Assembly: GCA_964649715.1 (NCBI GenBank)
Contig: CAZYTH010000005.1
Span: 1,765 to 65,764 of the forward strand
DNA: 64,000 nt
Direction: 5' to 3'
Origin: an uncultured Candidatus Saccharibacteria bacterium
GTDB lineage: Bacteria > Patescibacteriota > Minisyncoccia > Phycocordibacterales > UBA12445
Shown here: piece by piece, positions 8,506 through 17,572 of the stretch
Layout of the letters: the number at the start of each line of letters is the position of its first letter
Numbering within the stretch: the first letter of the stretch is position 1
Notes under the pieces: model-generated
What the model was told of the DNA's origin: nothing
Database searches by the model: none
The model's input: only the letters and a program-made list of their open reading frames with translations
Made by a program: the position numbers and the translations under genes

Positions 8506-9327
8506 TTATAAATCAGTTACTAACCACAACCTTCCCTCCTCCATTGTCGGAAGATCAGCTTGTGTTTGTGCTTTTGTTTTTTTCTCTATTATTAATCCAC
8601 CTCGAGTATTGGTAACACCCAAAACATTAGCTGTCTTATTGACCAAAAGAGAACCTGCTTCTAAAATTTCTTTTATCAAAACGTTGCCTCCTGGATTTTT
8701 ATTTTCTATGTACTCGTAAACAACGCCGTTTGATAAAGTCTTTTCTTCCGATTCCCAAAAACCAGTTTCAGAACTACTGCATACCCAGCTTCCCGCTGTA
8801 CTGCCTGCAGGTTTCTGATACTTCAAGACTTGACCGTCTGAACAAGCAGCTTGAGGGAAACTCAATATTTTTTTTATTTCAACAGCCCAATTATTAACAG
8901 TGTCTCCTACTCCTGGTGTTATACTTATACAACTGTCCCCCAAACAAAAACCTTCTGCCTTAACCTTGCCACCGACTGTAAGTTTTTCAAACAAATTCTT
9001 CCAGTTATTTTTTGCTTTTGCTTCGTTTATAAACACATTACCTGTATTTTCATTTTTTATATTTGGTGTTGTGCTTATTTTTGACCAAAAACTAGATCCA
9101 CCTGGCGTAAAACTCTGAGTACAACTTACTTCAGCTCCAGCACTATCGTATATACAAAACTTAGTGGCACCTATCATAGCTTTCTTGATTTGGTCGCTTG
9201 TCCCCACATTTATTGGGGGCTCTGTGTTGCCTCCAGGAGGGACTTCTGTCGGTTGAGACCATGCAGCAAAGGATGTCCCTGAGAAGAACATCAGGGCTAA
9301 AATGATTAGAGTTTTTATTTTATTCAT
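8506..9327 (-). CDS. Secreted protein with W..P...PP.GN..PPIN N-terminal motif (CPR-type fibre-like protein)
   Basis: Signal peptide, AWSQPTEVPPGGNTEPPINVG, FCL.DSC and CSDGQVLKY motifs. Confidence 0.7.
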   Translation of the reverse strand: MNKIKTLIILALMFFSGTSFAAWSQPTEVPPGGNTEPPINVGTSDQIKKAMIGATKFCIYDSAGAEVSCTQSFTPGGSSFWSKISTTPNIKNENTGNVFINEAKAKNNWKNLFEKLTVGGKVKAEGFCLGDSCISITPGVGDTVNNWAVEIKKILSFPQAACSDGQVLKYQKPAGSTAGSWVCSSSETGFWESEEKTLSNGVVYEYIENKNPGGNVLIKEILEAGSLLVNKTANVLGVTNTRGGLIIEKKTKAQTQADLPTMEEGRLWLVTDL

Positions 9328-9361
9328 TTTGATTATTCTACTAATTTAATAAATTTTTTAA

Positions 9362-9679
9362 TTATTGTAAGAGTGACTCTAGTATCTTTGCCCTTTCTTC
9401 CTCCTGGGCCTTCTTGTCTATATTGCTCACTGGGGTGTCTTCTTTGAGAAGCTCTTGGACAATATCGTTTCTTTCCTCTTCGGTTAATATTTGTGATGGA
9501 ACTCCTTCGTCTTTCAAGAGTTCTTCTATCAGAGCATCTCTTTCTTTCTCCTTTTGGAGTAGAGCGTCTTCTTCAGAAATCTTTGTGCTTTGTATGAAGT
9601 AAAAGAAAATGAATAATAGGGAGAGAGTTAACAGTAAAGCTAAAAATACCCACAATATTTTTTTGTTGTTTTCTTGCAT
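9362..9679 (-). CDS. Small membrane-anchored acidic protein
   Basis: N-terminal TM helix, then three imperfect EER..(L/I)..ELL repeats; first gene of the surface-protein operon. Confidence 0.75.
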   Translation of the reverse strand: MQENNKKILWVFLALLLTLSLLFIFFYFIQSTKISEEDALLQKEKERDALIEELLKDEGVPSQILTEEERNDIVQELLKEDTPVSNIDKKAQEEERAKILESLLQ

Positions 9680-9687
9680 ATGCGTTT

Positions 9688-9716
9688 ATTGTACCACCCC
9701 CCCCCTCTATTGGCAA
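9688..9716 (-). promoter_or_regulatory. Sigma70-type promoter with a G9 tract in the spacer
   Basis: Minus strand TTGCCA-atagagggggggggtgg (17 nt)-TACAAT; ATG begins 8 nt after the -10 box. Confidence 0.7.
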
Positions 9717-9787
9717 AGCAAGTTATCCACAGATTGGGGTTGATTATTTTTAGTTTAAAACATAGGAAAATATATCTGACGTAATGC

Positions 9788-9824
9788 AAAATCCCCCACA
9801 CCAATCTTTAGTGCGGGGGATTTT
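9788..9824 (-). terminator. Probable intrinsic terminator after rpsT
   Basis: AAAATCCCCCAC...GCGGGGGATTTT inverted repeat with A/T flanks. Confidence 0.6.
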
Positions 9825-9837
9825 AAAGTTTCTTTAA

Positions 9838-10107
9838 TTACTTTGTAGAAACCCTTTTTATCATTTTTACAAGTTTGGATTTCTTTCGATTCGCGTTATT
9901 TTTCTTGATGACTCCCCTCTTGGCAGCTTTATCAATGGCCTTATAAGCTCCAGACAAAAGATTTCTAGCACCCTCGGCATCTTTCTTTGCTACAAGTTTC
10001 TTTATCTCTTTTATGGAATCTTTCATCACCCCAGTTCTCCTTAAATTAAAAACTCTCTTCTTAGAAGATGACTTAATCGCTTTCTTTGCTGACTTTGTTA
10101 TTGCCAT
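9838..10107 (-). CDS. rpsT: 30S ribosomal protein S20
   Basis: MAITKSAKKA...IDKAAKRGVIKKNNANRKKSKL. Confidence 0.97.
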   Translation of the reverse strand: MAITKSAKKAIKSSSKKRVFNLRRTGVMKDSIKEIKKLVAKKDAEGARNLLSGAYKAIDKAAKRGVIKKNNANRKKSKLVKMIKRVSTK

Positions 10108-10268
10108 TTTTTTATGTTTTATGATTTAGGATTTATAATTTATGAACAAAAAACGCAAATCCAAACGTTTTTTAAGATATTATAATACATTTACGCAAAA
10201 AGCAAGGGTTTGTCTATCGGTGAAATAAATAAGTGCAAAAAAAGAAAAAATATGCGAAACTTAAAATT

Positions 10269-10841
10269 ATGATAAAACAGATTAGCGGTAAAATTTCCCA
10301 TATTGGCGATAAATTCATTGTAATAGATGTTTTGGGTATCGGATTTAAGGTTTTTGTCAGTTCAGACACTCTTTTTGAGATGGAAAACAAAACAGAACAA
10401 GAAATAAAACTTTGGACTTATTTATCTGTAAAAGAAGACTCTCTTGACCTATACGGATTCCTAAAGCAAGATGACCTCGATTTTTTTGAAAAAATAATAT
10501 CTGTGTCAGGGATTGGACCCAAAAAAGGAATTGCCATAATGGGAGTAGCTCCTGCAAAAACTCTCAAAAAGGCAATAGCGGAAAAAGATTTATCTTATTT
10601 AACTCAGGTTTCTGGCATAGGAAGGAAAAATGCCGAAAAAATAGTACTCGAACTAAGAGACAAAATTGGCGATATTTCTGAAGAGGGTACTTCCCTAAAA
10701 GACAGTAGCGATGTGATGCTTGCAATAAAATCTCTCGGATATGGATCTTCTGAAACAAGGGAGGCGATGAAAAATATTCCGACAAATATAAAAGGGGTTT
10801 CGGAAAAAATAAAATGGGTATTAAAGGAATTAGGAAAGTGA
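10269..10841 (+). CDS. ruvA: Holliday junction branch migration protein RuvA
   Basis: IDVLGIGFKV, VKEDSLDLYGF, SVSGIGPK, VSGIGRKNAEKIVLELRDK, SLGY motifs. Confidence 0.96.
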   Translation: MIKQISGKISHIGDKFIVIDVLGIGFKVFVSSDTLFEMENKTEQEIKLWTYLSVKEDSLDLYGFLKQDDLDFFEKIISVSGIGPKKGIAIMGVAPAKTLKKAIAEKDLSYLTQVSGIGRKNAEKIVLELRDKIGDISEEGTSLKDSSDVMLAIKSLGYGSSETREAMKNIPTNIKGVSEKIKWVLKELGK

Positions 10842-10920
10842 GTTTAAAAGTTATAATTTTTAAACTTTCAAATTTAAAAACTTTATAACATTATAACTTT
10901 CAACTTTATAACCAAATATC

Positions 10921-12250
10921 ATGGATAAAATACTTTCTAAAATAAAAAATAAAATTCCGAAGAGCTTTCTTGAAAAAATTAGACCAGCTTATCATTACTC
11001 TCTAGCTCTACTGGGCAACACAATATACAACTCCCCCTCAAAAGAAATATTTGTGATCGGGATAACGGGAACAAAAGGAAAATCCACCACAGTTGAGATC
11101 TTGAGTGCGATATTAGAGGAAGCAGGTTACAAAACAGCGGTTGCTTCCACCGTCAGGTTCAAGATAGACAAAGACAGCAAGTCCAACCTCCTAAAAATGA
11201 CAATGCCTGGAAGATTTTTTATTCAAAAATTTTTAAGAGAAGCCGTTGTCGCTGGTTGTGAATACGCAATAATAGAAATGACCTCTGAGGGTGCGAAGAA
11301 CTTCAGACATAAATTTGTTGAACTTAATTCTCTGATATTTACAAATATATCACCCGAACACATTGAGTCTCACGGATCATATGAAAAATATCTTGGGGCA
11401 AAACTATCCATCGCCAAACAGCTAGAATCTTCTGGAAAACCAAGTCGCTCTATTATCGCAAACGGCGACGACGAGGAATCTGATAAATTCTTTAAAATAA
11501 ATGTTCCCAACAAAATAGCGTTTTCTCTTGCGGAAGCAAAACCATTTACCCTAGAAAAAGAATATTCTGATATAAACATCTTCGGAGAAAGAGTTATCAC
11601 AAAATTACCAGGAGAATTCAATGTGATGAACATACTTGCGGCATCCACCTTCGCAAGAAGCCAGGGAATATCGCCGACTATAATAAAAAATGCGATAGAA
11701 AAAATAAAAAATATTCCGGGAAGAGTTGAAAAAATTGAAATAAATTCTAAAGATAAAAGATGAAAGTGGCAAAGAAATTGGAATTGGAACATTTCCTGAT
11801 TTTAGCGTAATCGTTGATTATGCACACACGGCTGATTCATTAGAAAAACTTTATAAAGTTTTTAAGCGAGAAAAAAGAATCTGTGTCCTTGGGAGTTGTG
11901 GAGGAGGACGAGACAAATGGAAAAGACCTAAAATGGGATCCGTTGCAGAAAATTATTGTGATGAAATAATCTTAACCGACGAAGATCCTTACGACGAAGA
12001 TCCGGAGGAAATAATTAGAGAAGTTGCGAAAGGAATCAAAAACAAAAAACCAAAAATTATTTTAGATAGAAGAGAGGCAATCAGAGAAGCACTCTCATGT
12101 GCGAAAAAAGGTGATGTTGTTCTTATAACAGGTAAGGGAACCGATCCATGTATAATGAAAAAAAATGGAGAAAAAATTTCATGGAGCGACAAGGAAGTGA
12201 CAGAGGAAGAATTAGTTAAGCTGGCAATTGAGAGAACGGTGAACAAATAA
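10921..12250 (+). pseudogene. murE: Mur ligase (MurE-like), split by a +1 frameshift at ~11755-11762
   Basis: N-part GITGTKGKST, EMTSEG, TNISPEHIESH, IPGRVE ends AAA AGA TGA; the +1 frame from 11762 continues ESGKE...VIVDYAHTADS, GSCGGGRDKWKRP.MG, EDPYDED, DRREAI, GKG to 12250. Confidence 0.85.
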
Positions 12251-12283
12251 ATTAAAAATTATCAATTACGAATTACGAATTTT
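12249..12283. repeat. AATTACG-type heptamer tandem repeat
   Basis: AAATTAA AAATTAT CAATTAC GAATTAC GAATTTT at the murE stop; matches the left repeat of the four-helix-bundle gene. Confidence 0.65.
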
Positions 12284-12379
12284 TCAAAAAGAGAATAATG
12301 ATTGTGAGGAAATTATAAAAATAATAGGAAAAATTCGAACAACTGTCAGAGATAATTCTTAATTTTTAATTAAACTAAA

Positions 12380-13333
12380 TTGCCTGAACTTCCCGAAGTT
12401 ACAACAATAGTCTCCGGACTAAATAAAAGAGTAAAAGGTCTTATCATAAAAGACGTCTGGACTGACCTGCCTAAACGGCAGGCAGGTCTGCCTGCCGGCA
12501 GGAAAGTTGGGCTACGCAAGCAAGATCTTCTGACAATAAAAAATCCTGAATATTACAAAAATTTCAAAAAAGAAGTCGCAGGAAAAAAAATAATCGTTTG
12601 TGAAAGGATAGGAAAAAATATTTTAATGCACTTGTCCGGTAACACGACTATTCTCTTCCACATGAAAATGACAGGGCACTTGCTTTGCGGAAAATGGATT
12701 TCCGTCAAAGGTGAAAAAAATGCGTGGAAGCCAGAGAACAAAAACTCCCCTCTTTGTGATCCGTACAATAGATTTATTCATATAATTTTCTATCTAGATA
12801 ACGGCAAAATGCTCGCGCTTTCTGATATGAGAAAATTTGCTAAAGTGACATTGCTTAAAAAAGAAAATGAAAAAGAGTTTTCAGAAATAAAAAAAATTGG
12901 TCCTGACCCTTTAAAAATAAATTTAAAAAAATTTAGGGAACTTATAAGGAAAAAACCAACGGGAAAAATAAAACAGGTTTTAATGGATCAAGAATTAATT
13001 TCAGGCATAGGAAATATTTATTCAGACGAAATACTTTGGGCAACTGGAATACATCCGTTGGAGAAAATAAAAAAAATTACAGATGAAAAAATAAAAATGA
13101 TGTATGAAACAACTAAAAAAATTTTAACAGAATCAATAAATTATGGAGGAGATTCTATGTCTGATTTTAGAAACATTGACGGAGAAAAAGGAAATTACCA
13201 GAAACACCACAAGGCATACAGACAGACAGGAAAACCTTGTCCCAAAAGAGACGGGGGGAAAATTGTGAAAACAAAAGTTGGGGGAAGAAGCGCGCACTAT
13301 TGTAATGTGCACCAATCACTTCAGCATAAATAA
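12380..13333 (+). CDS. mutM: Formamidopyrimidine-DNA glycosylase Fpg/MutM
   Basis: PELPEV start, HMKMTG, DMRKF, MDQ..ISGIGNIYSDE H2TH motif, C-terminal Zn finger; REP-derived insert LPKRQAGLPAGR. Confidence 0.96.
   Translation: MPELPEVTTIVSGLNKRVKGLIIKDVWTDLPKRQAGLPAGRKVGLRKQDLLTIKNPEYYKNFKKEVAGKKIIVCERIGKNILMHLSGNTTILFHMKMTGHLLCGKWISVKGEKNAWKPENKNSPLCDPYNRFIHIIFYLDNGKMLALSDMRKFAKVTLLKKENEKEFSEIKKIGPDPLKINLKKFRELIRKKPTGKIKQVLMDQELISGIGNIYSDEILWATGIHPLEKIKKITDEKIKMMYETTKKILTESINYGGDSMSDFRNIDGEKGNYQKHHKAYRQTGKPCPKRDGGKIVKTKVGGRSAHYCNVHQSLQHK
12466..12502. repeat. REP-like palindromes inside mutM
   Basis: CCTGCCTAAACGGCAGGCAGG + TCTGCCTGCCGGCAGG, GC-rich within an AT-rich gene. Confidence 0.75.
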
Positions 13334-13421
13334 AATAACTGTGTAACATAAAAATTTGTGCTAATAATTTAAAAAAAGTTTTACATTTTTATCTATATTT
13401 TTTATCTTTGATATTTAATTT

Positions 13422-13946
13422 TTAAATTTTTAAAATTCTGAATAACGCCACTGCTGTAGCGACAGCCACATTAAGAGATTCTTTTTTGCCACTCATTGGT
13501 ATCTCTATTTTTTCATCAGAGATTTTTAATATTTTTTTTGAAACACCGTCCACCTCATTCCCTACAATAAGGGCAAGGGGGTATTTTGGTTTAAATTTTT
13601 TATAATCAATAGAATCCTCCGACTGTTCTAGTGAAACTATTTTTATTCCTTGTTTCTTCATTTTGGTAAGAAGGCGAGAAACTGAAAAAACTTTTTCCCA
13701 CAGGAGAAACTCATCTCCCCCCAAAGATACCTTTTTCAGTTCTTTATTCTCTCTCCCAAATTTATCAAGTGGAGCAGGTGTGTAACCGCACAGAAAAACT
13801 TTTGAAACACCGGCGCAGTCGGCTATGCGAAACAAAGAACCAACATTAAAATTGCTTCTTATGTTATCTAATATCAAATAGACCTCTCTTTTCCTTTTTT
13901 CCTTTTGCAATGAAGGCAAAAAACTTCTTTTGTTTTTGTTTGTCAT
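13422..13946 (-). CDS. SpoU/TrmH-family RNA methyltransferase
   Basis: ILDNIRS.FNVGSLFR, VGNEVDG, IPMSGKKESLNVAVA SPOUT motifs. Confidence 0.92.
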   Translation of the reverse strand: MTNKNKRSFLPSLQKEKRKREVYLILDNIRSNFNVGSLFRIADCAGVSKVFLCGYTPAPLDKFGRENKELKKVSLGGDEFLLWEKVFSVSRLLTKMKKQGIKIVSLEQSEDSIDYKKFKPKYPLALIVGNEVDGVSKKILKISDEKIEIPMSGKKESLNVAVATAVALFRILKI

Positions 13947-13996
13947 AATGGTAAAATGAAATTATAAATATATAAATATTAGATAATAAATAAAAC

Positions 13997-14395
13997 ATGC
14001 CAGAGATATTTTCACAAGTGTTAGGATATAAAAAAATTTTTAGTATCTTTCCCGAATTATATAACTATAAAGAATTCTCCCCTCTCCTTCTTAGGGTCAC
14101 CCTCGCTACCACACTAATTGTTGTCGGCTGGAAATTTTTTTCAAAAAAAACTGGTTGGCGTGGAGTTAACGTTGTTATAGGAATAGTTGAGATAGGAACA
14201 GGGGTCTTGCTCGTACTAGCAGCGTACACTCAACTCGCCGCTTTACTCTCTGTAATAATATCCATTATGAGCATAATCGCTGGCATAAGAAAGGGGGAAG
14301 GATATTTTTTTTGGCAACATCTACTAACGCTGGCAATTTCTATATCTCTGCTTCTTACCGGACCCGGGATTATGTCTCTGGACTTACCCCTTTAA
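13997..14395 (+). CDS. DoxX-family membrane protein
   Basis: PLLLRV, EI..G.LL....T..AA, GPG..SLD motifs; four hydrophobic helices. Confidence 0.8.
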   Translation: MPEIFSQVLGYKKIFSIFPELYNYKEFSPLLLRVTLATTLIVVGWKFFSKKTGWRGVNVVIGIVEIGTGVLLVLAAYTQLAALLSVIISIMSIIAGIRKGEGYFFWQHLLTLAISISLLLTGPGIMSLDLPL

Positions 14396-14403
14396 CAATC
14401 TCC

Positions 14404-14435
14404 AAAATTCCACCAACATATGGTGGAATTTTTTT
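14404..14435 (+). terminator. Intrinsic terminator after doxX
   Basis: AAATTCCACCA-acata-TGGTGGAATTT followed by a T run. Confidence 0.7.
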
Positions 14436-14441
14436 ACCTGT

Positions 14442-14470
14442 TTGACACTCGCCACCAGCAAAGATAGGAT
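14442..14470 (+). promoter_or_regulatory. Sigma70 promoter for the AAA+ ATPase gene
   Basis: TTGACA-17 nt-TAGGAT; downstream AAGGAGG SD at 14511 before GTG 14523. Confidence 0.6.
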
Positions 14471-14522
14471 AAAAAGAAATAGTTATTTGAAAATACTGAC
14501 AAACATCGAAAAGGAGGTTTTT

Positions 14523-15848
14523 GTGGATAACTGGTTAGAATTGGATTACAAAAGTCCAAGCGCTGAGGAAATCTTTTGCATAAAATTTTTTGACAGATTT
14601 ATTATTGGTCAACAAAGAGCGAAAGAAAAAATCGCTTCAAATTTAGCCACATGGAAACATGGACTTTCAGACAAAGACAAACCTGCTTCAATTCTCCTTC
14701 TTCCAGGACCTTCTGGCGTCGGAAAAACATATCTTGTCCGTGTCTTTGCAAAACTTCTTATCGGAGATATGAACGCCTTCACCAGAATAGACTGCTCAAA
14801 TCTTCAAGAAAGTCACACCATCTCTCGTCTCCTTGGTTCCCCTCCCGGATATGTTGGATACAGTGAGGAATCCGAGATTTCTCAAGAGAAACTTGACCGC
14901 CACTATGAAGACAGGCATCCACAAAAACCAACAGCGGAAGAAAAAAGAAAACTAGAAGAATTAAACGACAAACTTTTTGAGCTTGCTCAAGAAGTTGACG
15001 ATCTTCAGTTTAAACTCTCCGAAGAAAAAGATGTAATAAAAAAAAATGAGCTTTCCAAGCGGATAAAGGCTAAACAGAGAGAATTCTTAGATATTCACAA
15101 AAAGCAAGAAGAATTTATCAAAAGATCCGAAAAAAACAAAGCAAGATGTCCTTCTATCCTTCTATTCGACGAGATTGAAAAGATTCATCCAGCGATCACA
15201 AGAGCCCTGCTTCCTATCTTTGATACAGGTGAAACAAAACTTGCGAATGGGAAAATAGTTAACTTTAGGAATTGTTTCATCTTTATGACCTCCAATATCG
15301 GAGCAAGAAAACTTGCCGACATGCAAAGGGGCAAAGGAAAGATAGGAATCTTCACAGAAACAACTCAAAAAGAAAAAGAAGAAGATAAAAACATCTACCA
15401 AACGGTAATCGAAGAAATTACTCACTCCGAACACTTCCCGACAGAGCTTATTGGACGAATTGGCAAAGAGAATATTGTGATATTCCATTCTCTAAAAGAA
15501 TCTGGAATCAGAAATATCATTGAGCTTCAGATAAAAGAGATGGAGAGAAAAATTCAAATTGCCTCTCCCGGAACAAAGCTAATTTTTTCTCAACCATTAA
15601 AAGATTTTCTTTTTACAGAAACACAAGATCCCGTGAACAAAGCCCTCGGAGCCAGACCTATTGAAAATGTGATTAAGTCAAAGATACTAAATCCTCTAAT
15701 GAATCTGATTATTAAAGGTGAAGAAGGCGGAATCATTCCCGGAGACATAATAAAAATTGATATAAAAGAATTCACGAAAAACGGAGCAAAAAAGAGTAAG
15801 GTCGTTATTGAAAAAGTAAAAGATCAAAATAGAATTGACATCATTTGA
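14523..15848 (+). CDS. ClpA/B-family single-domain (D2-type) AAA+ ATPase with coiled-coil insertion
   Basis: IIGQ, GPSGVGKT Walker A, GSPPGYVGY pore loop, LFDEIEK Walker B, MTSNIG, GARP; start placed at GTG after AAGGAGG. Confidence 0.85.
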   Translation: MDNWLELDYKSPSAEEIFCIKFFDRFIIGQQRAKEKIASNLATWKHGLSDKDKPASILLLPGPSGVGKTYLVRVFAKLLIGDMNAFTRIDCSNLQESHTISRLLGSPPGYVGYSEESEISQEKLDRHYEDRHPQKPTAEEKRKLEELNDKLFELAQEVDDLQFKLSEEKDVIKKNELSKRIKAKQREFLDIHKKQEEFIKRSEKNKARCPSILLFDEIEKIHPAITRALLPIFDTGETKLANGKIVNFRNCFIFMTSNIGARKLADMQRGKGKIGIFTETTQKEKEEDKNIYQTVIEEITHSEHFPTELIGRIGKENIVIFHSLKESGIRNIIELQIKEMERKIQIASPGTKLIFSQPLKDFLFTETQDPVNKALGARPIENVIKSKILNPLMNLIIKGEEGGIIPGDIIKIDIKEFTKNGAKKSKVVIEKVKDQNRIDII

Positions 15849-15852
15849 TGGC

Positions 15853-15882
15853 AAAAAGGAGACCAAAAGGTCTCCTTTTTTT
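15853..15882. terminator. Bidirectional intrinsic terminator
   Basis: AAAAAGGAGACC-aaaa-GGTCTCCTTTTTT between convergent genes. Confidence 0.75.
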
Positions 15883-15966
15883 AATGCGTCCACCATCAAA
15901 GTCATTAGGTAAACTCAATCCAATTAAATAATCAAATCTTAAACCAAGAAGTAAATTTGGATATTT

Positions 15967-17454
15967 TTATTCTGTATATCTTATTCTTTTTTTGAGCTTC
16001 TCAAATAGCACATTTATTTTGACCTGAAAATATCTTTTTTCTTTTTCATAATCTGGATTGGTCTTCCTGTTTTCGTCTAGAATAAGATTATCCCCTAAAA
16101 TTTTTTCTATTTCAGACAATCTCCACAATAGTCTATAAATATTATCAATCTTTTTATTTAATTCCCTTTTTTTATTAATAGAAATTTCAGATAAATCGCT
16201 GTCCTTCAATTCCGCTTTCTGTGCTTTTAATTCTTCTAATGAATTACTTAGTCGTTCCCTTGGGTTTAGTGAATTAACCTCTTGCGCAATCTGTTCTATT
16301 GATAAATAATTCTGTTCTATCGATCCATTTTCCAAGGACTCTTGAATCCTTCTTTCTGTTTCCATGGTAATTTTATCCTTTTTGGTGGCGACGTCCTCTT
16401 GTTTGGGTGTTTCTTTCTTGTTTAGTTTTTTGCAATATTCTTCAATTTTTTCCGATGAGATGAGTTCTCTTAATACCCCTCTTATTATTCTTTTTTTCAT
16501 GTCAAAATTATCTGCTTCCGGACCTCCTGGAGGCATTCCCGCATTGACCCAATCTTTATATCTAGCCATCAAGTGACGCAGAGGTATTATGACCAAAACA
16601 AGATCGTCCACTTTTTTCTCTAAAGTAAGCGACATTTTCTGTTTGGACATTTCTGTTTGTTTGCCCTTTTTCTCCCCTACATCTTTGTTGGTATTTATCG
16701 TAAATTGTATACCTGTGCTTTTGGAATCAGATTCGACGTCAACTCCTCTTAGCCTATTTTTTGTTTCTACAATAAAATCTATTTTATATTCAACATCCTC
16801 AAAAAAATCTACATCTTTTACATCAAATTCCGCTTCATGATCGATTTCCAACTTCTTTAAAATTGTTTTAACAAGTTTTTCGGCTACAAATCCGCCTCTC
16901 TCTAGACTTTCTTTTTTATTTTCAGGTAGCCTTGTTCCGTATGCTTGCTTTTTTCCTTCATCAGTAAATCCGCTGCTGTGTTCGTTTATCGCTATTTGTT
17001 CGTCCAATAATTCTCCGATTAGAGACGAAGTTCTTTCTACGATATATCTCTTTCTTACATCGCGTGGAACAGTAAGAGGATCGAGATTATAATCATTGCC
17101 CCAATCATAATCTGTAAAAATTGTACCCAGAGTTACTCTTATGTCACCCACAAAATAAAAGTCTCCTTCTTTTTTAACATTTCGAACGTTTCTGCCCTCA
17201 ACCTCTTCTATTTCTACCAACTCATTGTTGTCTATTTTTCTAAGATTTTCCCTGAGACCTTTCATTATCTCTAATTTTTTTTCTTGAATCTCATATATTT
17301 CTGTCTGTTTTTCCGGGGTATTCAAAAAATACTCAGATCTGCTTTCGATGAGTTTAATTTTGTCTCTCAGTATCTCCGGGTCTTTCTCTCTAAATTCACC
17401 TTTTATATTTTTGCCATAATCTCTTAGAGCTATTTTTTCAAAAAATTCTCTCAT
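15967..17454 (-). CDS. Hypothetical protein, possible PD-(D/E)XK-like core plus coiled-coil tail
   Basis: Long ORF; GFVAEK...EDVEYKIDFIV...GIQFT pattern resembles a restriction-endonuclease-like fold (inference). Confidence 0.6.
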   Translation of the reverse strand: MREFFEKIALRDYGKNIKGEFREKDPEILRDKIKLIESRSEYFLNTPEKQTEIYEIQEKKLEIMKGLRENLRKIDNNELVEIEEVEGRNVRNVKKEGDFYFVGDIRVTLGTIFTDYDWGNDYNLDPLTVPRDVRKRYIVERTSSLIGELLDEQIAINEHSSGFTDEGKKQAYGTRLPENKKESLERGGFVAEKLVKTILKKLEIDHEAEFDVKDVDFFEDVEYKIDFIVETKNRLRGVDVESDSKSTGIQFTINTNKDVGEKKGKQTEMSKQKMSLTLEKKVDDLVLVIIPLRHLMARYKDWVNAGMPPGGPEADNFDMKKRIIRGVLRELISSEKIEEYCKKLNKKETPKQEDVATKKDKITMETERRIQESLENGSIEQNYLSIEQIAQEVNSLNPRERLSNSLEELKAQKAELKDSDLSEISINKKRELNKKIDNIYRLLWRLSEIEKILGDNLILDENRKTNPDYEKEKRYFQVKINVLFEKLKKRIRYTE

Positions 17455-17572
17455 ATTTTTTATTAAATTTTTATTGTTATACTTTAGCAAAAATAACTAA
17501 ATTTATAAATAAATTTAAAAAACACCCACAATTAAAATTTCAATATTATCTCCTGCGAGAAAGAATTTTTAA

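Noticed and set aside
11761-11763. TGA in murE as recoded Gly/Trp/Sec (genetic code 25 or 4)
   Set aside because: Read-through gives KWQRNWNWNIS then another stop; the MurE motifs continue in the +1 frame, and TGA ends other intact genes such as ruvA, ruvC and pilM
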